A stretch of DNA of 64,000 bases. Source: Tubulanus polymorphus. Lineage: Eukaryota; Animalia; Nemertea. Positions 1 to 10,700 of the stretch are shown here, piece after piece. Both the position numbers and the translations under genes were made by a program. The stretch's first letter is position 1, and each line of letters starts with the position of its first letter. Below the pieces are notes generated by a model that saw only the letters and a list, made by a program, of their open reading frames with translations, had not been told where the DNA came from and made no database searches. Location of the stretch: assembly GCF_964204645.1 (NCBI RefSeq), contig NC_134033.1, positions 5,976,231-6,040,230 of the forward strand, given 5' to 3'.

Positions 1-121
1 TGGTAAATATCTTAACAGGATAAGTTAGTTACGAATTCTGAAAATGCAATAGGTGATTGGATAAAAAACGTAATTAGCAACCACACTTTCGGGCTTTTGG
101 TTGCAAATGTATATAAAATAG

Positions 122-369
122 GATAAAAACCCACTATGTACAATTAAAAGAATTTAAAATCGAGAATTTATTCATAGAATGTAAAAAAGACGACGTTTCG
201 ATCTCACACTAGATATCATCGTCACGGTGATCTCTAGTGTGAGATCGAAACGTCGTGTTTTTACATTTTAGAAATGAATTCTCGAATTGGATTTTAAATT
301 CTTTTAATTGTACATAGTGGGTTTTTATCATGTGATTCGTTCACCACGTTTGAGTGAGGTTATCGTACT
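122..369. mobile_element. Penelope-like element (pLTR) fold-back remnant with hammerhead-like core
   Basis: Inverted arms 122-221 / 225-329, then a tail (330-369) homologous to 31183-31220. The arms carry TGACGA-[GATCTC...GAGATC stem]-GAAACGTC. Same family as 31045-31220. Confidence 0.65.
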
Positions 370-590
370 TATATATTCAATAATTGGCCCAAGTCCGATA
401 TACGACATTATAGTGCAACGTGTAGAGATACTTTTGGAGTAAATCGGGGAATTAATGCGCAAGCTGAAATATAAAAGCGTAGTAATATGGAACTAAAAGA
501 AGTTCCATGAAAATAGATCCTTGATTGGGGATCCATATTCTACAGCTGATGACAGGCGACACCTTACATACTAGGGTGATGGCTCTAAAT

Positions 591-910
591 GACGGTTGAC
601 AGATGACACCCAACACACCAGTTAGGTGACGACTCCACAGGACGGTTGACAGATGACACCCTACACACCAGTTAGGTGACGACTCCACAGGAAGGTTGAC
701 AGATGACACCCTACACACCAGTTAGGTGACGACTCCACAGGACGGTAGACAGATGACACCCTACACACCAGTTAGGTGACGACTCCACAGGACGGTAGAC
801 AGATGACACCCTACACACCATTTTGGTGACGACTCCACAGGAAGGTTGACAGGTGGACACCCTACACACCAGTTAGGTGACGACTCCACAGGACGTTTGA
901 CATGTGACAC
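591..910. repeat. 50-bp minisatellite, about 6.4 copies
   Basis: Unit GACGGTTGACAGATGACACCCTACACACCAGTTAGGTGACGACTCCACAG starts at 591, 641, 691, 741, 791, 841 and 892. Confidence 0.95.
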
Positions 911-1572
911 TCACACATCCTCCCTATGATAACCCAAGATGAACGACTTTTCTGGTTGCATTAGAAGAGAAAGAAATATCATTAAAAAGTAAACGTCGTT
1001 GCCATCTGCAATTCGATCAAATTGAAACCCCACCGATACGATTACGAGCGCACCGTCATACCACAAGACCAACGAGGCCGCTGACAACCAAGTGAATGTT
1101 TTAACTATCTACAGTACCTCACCTTACCCTAATCCTATCCCTAGGGGTAAAACGGAACCCTCTGGACCCTCTTCTCACCCTTTTGACACTAACCCTATCG
1201 AAACCCTAGCCCTAGACCCAATATAATGATTTTATTGTTACTTTTATTAGTTAATACTATATATATATATATATATAAGAATACTTATGATTCTTACACA
1301 CTGCATATATGATAAACAATATCAGCAAAAGGCAGATGAAATAAAAGCCACACTGCAGTCATGGTTGACAGGTTGCCAGCTCGTCTCGTCGTGGACTCTA
1401 ACTGTCAACTGTCAACTGTCAAACGCTGTTAACACTGACCGAAGAACGCAGTGTAACTCTACACACGCACTATAATGTCGTATACTGGACTAGCGCCCAA
1501 TGCTTTATTAACGGGTTAAATGCTAAATGCATATCAGGATCAATTCTATTCTACATCTTTTCTACATTTTAG

Positions 1573-2241
1573 CTTTAGGTCCAGCGATTTACGTCGGAGA
1601 TTTTTTGTCAGTTCGGTTTACGGTGGATGCCCGAACGATCAGTTATGGATGGCAGTTCAAGACCCGAAGCCTCAGTTGGGAGGTTGTAGTTACGACAGAA
1701 AATCAAATACACCTTTAATAGCTTATTCTCCATTCAAGACGAAAACAGGTGAATCAAATTTGTTGTACACCGACGTATCGTACTTGTACTAAAGATCGTA
1801 ATTGATTATTTCAAATCTAGCGATTGTGATGTGCGATAGACTAGTGATGTAAGCTATATTTTATTTGCAGACTATAGGCTTAAATTAAATCATTGCGATC
1901 CTATTGTTAACGATATACACAGTACATAAATACATGATCCAAAACATTGTACAGTGAACCCTCCGATATACCGCCCTCCCATATACCGCCACCCCCGCCT
2001 ACCGCCAGGTGTTTTCAATGTACATCTCTATACAAATACAAAGTACCCCCCCCCCCCCCTGATATACCGCCATACTTCCTATACCGCCAAAATCGTTCTG
2101 TCGTTCAGGGGTTGACTGTATGTTAGCAATTAGATAAATAGTCAATGATGATGATAATATTTCATGCAAATTCCTTTTTTTCTTTCAGGCATTTCAAATC
2201 TGCAGTATGCCGAACAAATGGTGATATATGCGCGTCTATAG
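1573..2241 (+). CDS. Last two exons (1573-1748, 2189-2241) of an upstream tandem paralog of the PAN/Apple-domain secreted protein
   Basis: AG/GT-bounded exons of 176 and 53 nt, with the same sizes and phases as 18613-18788 and 19140-19192. Translation: FRSSDLRRRFFVSSVYGGCPNDQLWMAVQDP...KT/GISNLQYAEQMVIYARL*. The 5' exons were not found in the window. Confidence 0.85.
1952..2118. mobile_element. Tc1/mariner-pogo-type MITE in the paralog intron
   Basis: TA|CAGTGAACCCT...AGGGGTTGACTG|TA termini and internal ATACCGCC repeats. Absent from the matching intron of the downstream paralog. Confidence 0.65.
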
Positions 2242-3097
2242 TATAATTGCGTGGCAAAAATTTACTCTACTAACAATCCTATATTCATAACGGGGTCGTG
2301 CAGATTGGAGTACCTCGATTCGAATCAGACATTTTGAATTTCAATTTTTTTCGGTCAATCAATACCCGTGTTTTGAAGGGCCACGAGGACTAGATTATTG
2401 TTTAAATTTACAACACGATTTTTTCAGATCCGTAGACACACAGAAACCAGTTACCATTTCTAGGCTTTATAACAGTTTTTATAAAGTTATGTGATGGTAA
2501 TAGGCAAACCATGTTAGAACGAGCCTGCTTTGTACGAAACGTCCGGCTATAATAGGGATTACGAACCACTACGCATTTCATTAATCATGCCAGCAATTCG
2601 GTAGTGCTGTTGGTTTCGTAGAAGCTTTCGATGGATTGATATCTTTTTTAGACCATGGAATCAAATGACTAATGATTAATGCTATTTACGTATCAGCGAT
2701 ACTTATATGTACAGAGTAAAAAATGTGAAAAAGGAAAATGGCTTGATTTATCATAAATACATTTGGAAAAAAACGCCATTGGCATTAGCGCAGAGTTTAA
2801 AGCCCAGCGTATACAGCGAGGAAAATACGCTTTCCCTCGTGAAAAACTTTTTCGACGTGTTTTGTTATGCCGTTGACGGTGAACATTTTGTCGTTTGCGG
2901 GTAAACCTTTTACGCAAAACGTTTTGTAAAAATCGTGTTTTCTGTTCTGATGAAACTAACGTTTTGACATGCACGTTATACGAAGGCTTAACTTAGAGGA
3001 AGGGGCGTCCTGATAACTTTCTAATTCGCATGTAATCGGCATTGAGGGTAATATGATACACTTTACTATTAACATTTCAATTTTTCACTTTTATGTA

Positions 3098-3468
3098 ACA
3101 AGGGATGAAACGCCTTCAGAGTTGTGCCAGCCAGAAAGTTGGGACAGTCACGTGACTTAACGCTTCTTATTTGACTGAACGCGTACCTGAAGCATATAAG
3201 ATGGAAACTATGATACGAAAAATATTTGAGAATAACTTACATTCAAATGCATTTTTTGACTATGACTATATATTTCATCATAATTTATTCTTTATAAGTT
3301 ATTTATTTCATATGAATCATAATCTGACAATTGAAATCGGTCTGTGAATATGTTAACTTTTCGTGTTAAAGTTTTAAATGCGATGACGTCATCAGAATGT
3401 CACGTGACTGTCCCAACTTTCTGGCTGAAAATTTAAGTACAGCGGAGGCCTGGCGTTTCATCCCTTGT
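3098..3468. mobile_element. MITE with bipartite inverted repeats
   Basis: Terminal IR ACAAGGGATGAAACGCC (3098-3114 / 3452-3468) and subterminal IR CAGCCAGAAAGTTGGGACAGTCACGTGAC (about 3129-3157 / 3399-3427). No clear TSD. Confidence 0.7.
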
Positions 3469-4759
3469 GATTTTATATAGTAAAGCGTGACGACCTTCTG
3501 ATAATGATTCTTAACGACCAATTGTTTATCGAAACTTTATAGCGGATAAATAAACAATATAAACACAAGGTATTTCCGTGATATTTTGAATTTATTCGCA
3601 GTTCATATTTAGCGCCATTCTCGCGAGATTATCAACAACCCGGAAATAAAATCCAAGCCCATCGCCAAACCCCTGTGGTAATTTGTACGTAAAAAGTGGG
3701 CATCAGAAAAATGTCTCCCGGTTAGTTGGCCCTATAATTCGCCAAGTAAGTTAACATCCTTCGAATTACCCCTGACAATTACCCTTAATAAAATCACTCG
3801 CTGGAATTCTCCCGCAAAATTACCCCGGTAAAACTTTCAATTGATAACTGCCCTCATTGGAAAACATCCTTTGGCAAACGGACTTTACTCTGGAGTCGAA
3901 TCATTCAGTCGAAAAAATTTGGCTAATGTAAACATTTTCTAACTAGCCTCTAGTCAGACTAGTAATAAATTTCAAACCAAACCGTTTTGTTTTCTCGCGC
4001 GAGATAACCTAAAGATTTGAATTCCCGCGCGAGGAAACCAAAATGTTATGTTTTTTAGGACGAATACCATACTTCATTGTGCTGTACGCAGTACAACTCA
4101 TCATGAAACGCTTTACTTCCACAATATTTGAGACGGAATCCATTCCTATATACGTAAATTCAAAGATCTATATGAGCACTAGCTCCCACGAACAGACTAT
4201 AGGAACAGGGAAAGCAAGTATGTTTAGTGAAAGCATGCAGTTTCTTGTTGACAAGTAATGACACATTAAGATCCTGTATCATTTAACCGTCTTTCACAAC
4301 ATCATTATGTATTATTTTCCCATACAAGTAATTTAAGACACGAAGAATGGAGAACTATCAAATATAACCCAATAGGTTCCTGACTTTGAGTTGTTTTTCA
4401 TTGTTATCACTATTGTGATATTAGGCCATGTTTTTATGTTTGATGGCGAGAATTTGAATAAATTATGATGATCATAATGGCGATGATAAATATTTCTTTG
4501 ATCCCTGCTCATCAGTCCAGTCGCATTGATCTCATTCGAATGTTCCTCCGCTTTTATCCCTGAATCAGGGAATTCAATCTGTCATGAGAATGTATGTTTT
4601 GTTCGTGTAACTAGAGTAGCAACGCTTGAAGCGTCCAGTTCGATCACTAGGGAAGTGGACCACACGCGGCAGAAATTTATAAGAGATGATCATGTCGCGC
4701 TACATCATTTTGAAGTGAAGGCTTAATCGACCCAGTCCAACAAATTATAAATCACAACC

Positions 4760-7700
4760 ATGCAAGCCGTGTATCTCACCATCATATTTCATTGCATTGG
4801 CAAAAGTGAGGCGTATAAATCTTTTGAATCGACGCTCAGATTGTCTACGGAATTGAATGCCGTGACAGAACAACAGCAACAACAACAACATCATGCTGAT
4901 CTGTCGTTATTGGGATGCGCGATACTTTGTTCAACGCGGTATCAAACTTGTAACTATATGACCTACAACTCCGAAAATAGAAGTTGTGGAATTCCATTCA
5001 GAAGCTATTCAGATGTTCTTGTTTTATTCGATCGGGATATTCCAAGGATTCCAGCTTTCTTTGATGAGCTGTTCATGACCGGTAAATAATAATTATTTTC
5101 TCAGTGGTTGGTTTCATACCGTTAATGTTTGTGCAATAATAATTTAAAGTGACCATATCGTGTGTTTGACATACGTATGTTCTAAAGTTTGTCCATGCGG
5201 CGAGAAACAAGGGGCTTTCTAGTCAGCGTGGTCTTCTTCGGTTTTGATCAGTTTTTTCTCGGTTTCGGAGACCTAGAATGTTGGCTTCATATTTTAAGTC
5301 GACTAAATCTGCTACTTTACGCTCGTTTGGCCACTTTTTTTAATGAAATATTTACATTTTTGAGCCATGTGAATATCACTCGGTTGTTTGTTGGTCATCC
5401 GTCCAGTAAATAGTAGATTTATGTGGTAAAGCACCTGACGCTTGTATTGGAACAAAACTTCATGTTACGTTTTATTACAAAACATGTCGGGAAAATGTTT
5501 TTGCAACAGAAAATAAGGGAAAAGCCAAGCACCTCAGCAGCTGTTCCGGGCGTACAAATGATACTGTTCATACATCAATGTTCATCAATATTGCAAAATC
5601 ATATTAGTACTAAAACTAGATTGAAATGTCGCACCAATTTTGACTTTTTTTTAGATAAAGATGCTGCATCGAGCTTATCAAACTACATTAAAATATCTCA
5701 AGAAGAAACAGATTTGTTTCATTCGTGTTTGTTTCAGGAGACAGCATTTCCCGTTACGGAGCCATCCGCACATTCTCGAAACGAGTGAAAAGCAATGTTT
5801 GCATTATTCGTTTTCCGAGTTTAATGATTCGTGTTTAACTAGAGTAACGTGCATTAGGCATTACCCACACACATTGCGTGGATGAAAATAACACGTAGAT
5901 TATCCACAGGATAATTGCGTACATAATTCATGTGTGTATTTCCCGCTTTTTAATAAACAAAAGAGAGACGACGCGTACGATTGATTCATATAACCGTCGT
6001 TTGGTATACAAATTGGTTTTCTGATAAACCGAACGTTGCTATGATTTAAATAGTTGATGAGCCACAATATCAGTATCATCTGCGCATGGTATTAATCACG
6101 AATAATTTCATCATTAGTAATCATTAATGAATTTTCATAACAAACATTTTATGTAGTATAGCTCTCTCTGGCCCTCAGTCGCTCTGACGCTCTGTCCCTC
6201 TCTCCTGCTCTCCCGCTCTCCCTATCTCCCTGTCTCCCTCTCAAGTGTTTTAATTAATAAGTTAATGAAGTGTTTTAATTTCACTACGGTTTCCTTCCAT
6301 TTCAAAAGAGATGACGACGGCAGAGTCTGGTTTACCTTCAAAACTGGAGCCTGTTTGGCACGGGTGTAATAGGATAAGTGTCTTATCATACCAGAGGTCG
6401 AAAGGTCGAGCTGATAGAAAATAAATTCTCACACGCTCGAGTTTATTTTTATTTTTCACTCACTCAACCTTTCAACCTCTGATATGAAACAACACTTACC
6501 CTATTACTCTAATAATATTCATATATATGAACATTATATAAATGGATATCATATATATGAAATCAATTTTAATAAAAAACCTGTATAATAAATGGAGAGT
6601 AAACAAATACACAGTGACTTCTTAAATAGAATTAAAGATACGACAAATGTCAAATCTGTAGATTATAAATTCAAAAAGTTAACAGAATTAACATTACATA
6701 AGAAATATCAAATTACAAATATTGAACCATTTAGTAATAGATATGGTGATAAATTAGTTATTCACTTAGAATATGAAGGATTAAAAGGAAATAAATATAA
6801 ATTCAGAACATATTTACCTGATAGATTTCATAGATTATCCAGTGAATATCTAGAAGTGTGTTCTGGTGATTTCTATTTCATATATAAAGGTAAGAATGAA
6901 AAAGGATGTCATGATATAGATTTCGAATAATATAAAATCAATTTTAATAAAAAATTTGATATTAAAATTGAAGCAAATAAGTACTACTGTCCAACATGTA
7001 AAATCAATATATAGATAAATCTCAAAAACAAGACATAATGATACTAAATCTCACTTAGAGAATAAATTGAAATTACAATGATGATATATTAGAAACTAAA
7101 TTAAATAAATCAAAGAATGAAAAAGAAATATATAAATGTGATACGTGTAATCAATCATTCAGTAACAGAAGATATTATGAACAACATTTAAAATCTAAAA
7201 ATCATATTAGAAATATCAATAATGATATTTTAGGTGAAGATTATTTTGATAAAGATATTAATAAGAAACAAAGCATAATTAGAAGAATAAATAATAAAAG
7301 ACCATACATGGAAGATATTATATTAATTCATTAGATGATAAAAAGATTTTGAAATAACTGAAGCATTTAAAAGTGATATTGGACCAGCTGCTATTGAATT
7401 TAAATTTTATAAAGGCAAAACATTAGACGAAAATAACAATAAAACATTTAGAAAATATGAAAAATATTATAAGAATAATTACAGACGTAGAATATCCTAA
7501 AATTAGTATATCTGCTAAAGTTAAATTTATAAAATCTTAAGATAAACCAATACATCATTCACAAAATATTATTTCAAAATAAAATATAGATGATAGATTA
7601 AATAAATGTAATAATGAAACTTTAAAAAAATTGAAGAGAAATATTTTGAAGGATCTGGTTTAATATTTGATGAAATAATATTTATGACATTACATGTGTA

Positions 7701-10700
7701 CAATACAAAATATAATAATTTAACTAAATCAAAACCAATTGATGAAAATAATTTATCATATTATAAAGATGATAATATAAATGCATCAAGTTATATCAAA
7801 TTACCATTTAAAACTAATGTTGTTATAAGTGTACTAAATGAAGATGATGTTTTGTATGGTCAATGATAAGTTGCTTACGTCCAACAGAATATATTACACA
7901 TAGTTTTAGATTAACAATTTATATACCATTTGAAAATGATTATAAGATAGACAGTTATCCTGTGAGAATTAAGAATATTCCGAAAATAGAAAGAGATAAT
8001 AATCTAAAAATAAATGTATTTGATTTAATCAAATTAACAAATACAAAAGGTAATAATATTAAACAATATACATTAGAACCTTTGTATTTATCAAACGATT
8101 GTGATTCAAATGGTGTTATAGATATATTATATTATGAGAATCATTATATGTGGATAAAACAAATTGATTTATTTTTTAATTCGGAAAATGATTATACTCG
8201 TAAAATATATCTAAGTAGAAAATGTATAACTAAATTCAGTAATGAAAGTGCATTATTAAATCATAAACAATTATGTGATAATCATGATTTTTGTAAGTTA
8301 ATTTTACCAAATGAAAAAGATAAAATATTAGAATTCTAAAAATGTGATTACAAAAATAAAGTACCATTTGTTATATATGGTGATTTTGAATCATTAAACA
8401 AAGAGTTAACTGATCAAGATAGAAAAGAAATATATTATAAAAGAATGACATTAAATCCTAATGAAAATGATTTTTCAGAACCACCAATAACAAATACTAT
8501 TAAAAAAATTCATCAAAGTGCTGCAGCGTTTGGATTATATATAAAATCTGATTATCCAGAACTGATTAAAAGTGAATATTATTATTATAGAAATGAAAAT
8601 GTTATCAATCATTTTTGTGACTTATTAATTGAATATGAAATTAAATTCAATGAATTATTAGATACAAATATAGAAATTAGAGTGACAGAACAAGATAAAG
8701 AAGAATTTGATTTTGCAGATAAATGTTATTATTGTAGTCAAGTATTCTATTCATTTGATAAAAAAGTAAGAGATCATGATCATTTGAATGGTAAATCTAG
8801 AGGAGCAGCACATGAGAATTGTAACTTACAAGCTAAGAAAATCAATTTTGTTCCAATTATATTTCATTATTTATCATGATATGATGCACATTTATTTATC
8901 AAGCAACTATGTCATAAAATAGAAGAAATCAATAATGAAATAGAAAGATTAAATTCAAATAGATCAAAAGATGTTGCTTAAATACCAACTTATAAATTCA
9001 AAATGTTAGCTAAAACATCTGAGAATTATATATCTTTCCCATTTGGATGTCTAAGATTTATAGAGTCATATAGATTTTTGAGTAGTTCATTAGATAATTT
9101 ATCAAAAAGTTTAATTGATGATGAATTAAAAATATTAAAACAACATTATCCAAATAATGATGATTTTCAATTAATGAGATATAAAGGCGCGATTCCATAT
9201 TCATTTTATAAATCGCATAATGATTTTAACATAACTGAATTATTAAAAGAACAATTTTATGATGAATTTAGATCCGAGTATGTTAAAGATAGAGTTTATA
9301 ATAGAACATTGAATATTTGGAATCATTTTGGAATGAAAAATCATGGACAATTAGTAGATTTATATTTAAAATCAGATGTATGATTATTTACTGATATATT
9401 TGAAAGTTTTAGAGATGTGAATCTAAAATATTTTAGTATCAGGTTTGACTCAGGATTGTGGATTAAAATACAGATATAAAATTGGATTAACAAAAATAGA
9501 ACAATTATTATTATTTGTAAAATCTATAAGAGGAGGTGTTTCAGGTATATTAGGTGATAGATATTTCAATGTAAATGATAATCCTGGATATAAGTTATTA
9601 TATATAGATGCAAATAATCTATATGGTTGGGCAATGATGGAACCACAGGCTTATGGAGTATTTCAAATAACTGAAATTTGACAGCACGAAAATGCTGATA
9701 AATTTGATTGGAAGAAAAGAATTCTAGAAATTGCAGATGATTCAGATACTGGTTACTTTTTTGTTGTAGACTTGGAATATCCTGAATATATCAAATTTAA
9801 ATCTAGAAATCTAGAGTACTGTCCCGAACATAAAACTGTAACACATGAAGAATTATCAAATTATCAAAAAAGAATTAAACCTGAAAATCATATTCATACA
9901 GAAAAGTTAATGGTAACTCAGGAAGATAAATATAATTATGTAGTACATTATAGAATTTTAAAATTCTATTTGAATCAAGGAATGATTCTAAAAAAGTACA
10001 TATATATATTTCATTTAGTCAATCTAAATGGTTAGAAAAATATATAGATTTTAATACCAAACAGAGAACCAAAGCTAAAACTGATTTTGAGAAAGATTTT
10101 TTCAAGTTAATGAATAATGCATTCTTTGGTAAGACTTGTGAAAATATTAGATTCAAACATATCCTAAATTTATTGGTAACAGAATATTTAGCTGCAGTTA
10201 AAATGAGGAGAACTTCTATGAAATTTAATAAACCAATTTATGTTGGAGCATCAGTTTTAGAAATATCAAAATTATTAATGTATGAATTTTACTATAACGT
10301 ATTACAACCTCATTTTGGAGAAAAGCATATAGATATCTTATATTTTGATACAGATTCTTACATATTTAAGATAAGAACTAATAATATAACAGATGATTTA
10401 AAAACAGTAAAACATCATTTTTATTTCAGTTACTATCCTAAAAATCATGAATTCTTTAACAATGATAATGAAAAAGTTCCTGGGAAGTTTAAGGATGAAT
10501 ACGGTGGTGAAGAAATGATAGAGTTCATTGGAATTCGATCTAAATCGTATAGTTATGAAACTAAAACTCATGAATCTAAAAAATTGAAAGGTATGACAAA
10601 AAGCGTTGTTGAAAAAAACATTAATTTTAAAGATATCATCAATTGTATATTTAATGAAGAAGTTAGAAAACATAAGATGAAATGTTTAAGATCTGAAGAT

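Noticed and set aside
591-910. CRISPR-like regular repeat; ORF 452-718
   Set aside because: Units are contiguous with no unique spacers, there are no cas genes and the context is eukaryotic. The ORF is a translation of the repeat.
1122-1220. Interstitial telomeric repeat
   Set aside because: Only scattered, degenerate CCCTAA/CCCTAG words, not a regular array.
6589-6594. TAAATG as a poxvirus late promoter implying cytoplasmic transcription
   Set aside because: The hexamer is expected often in such AT-rich DNA, and no RNA polymerase gene is present.
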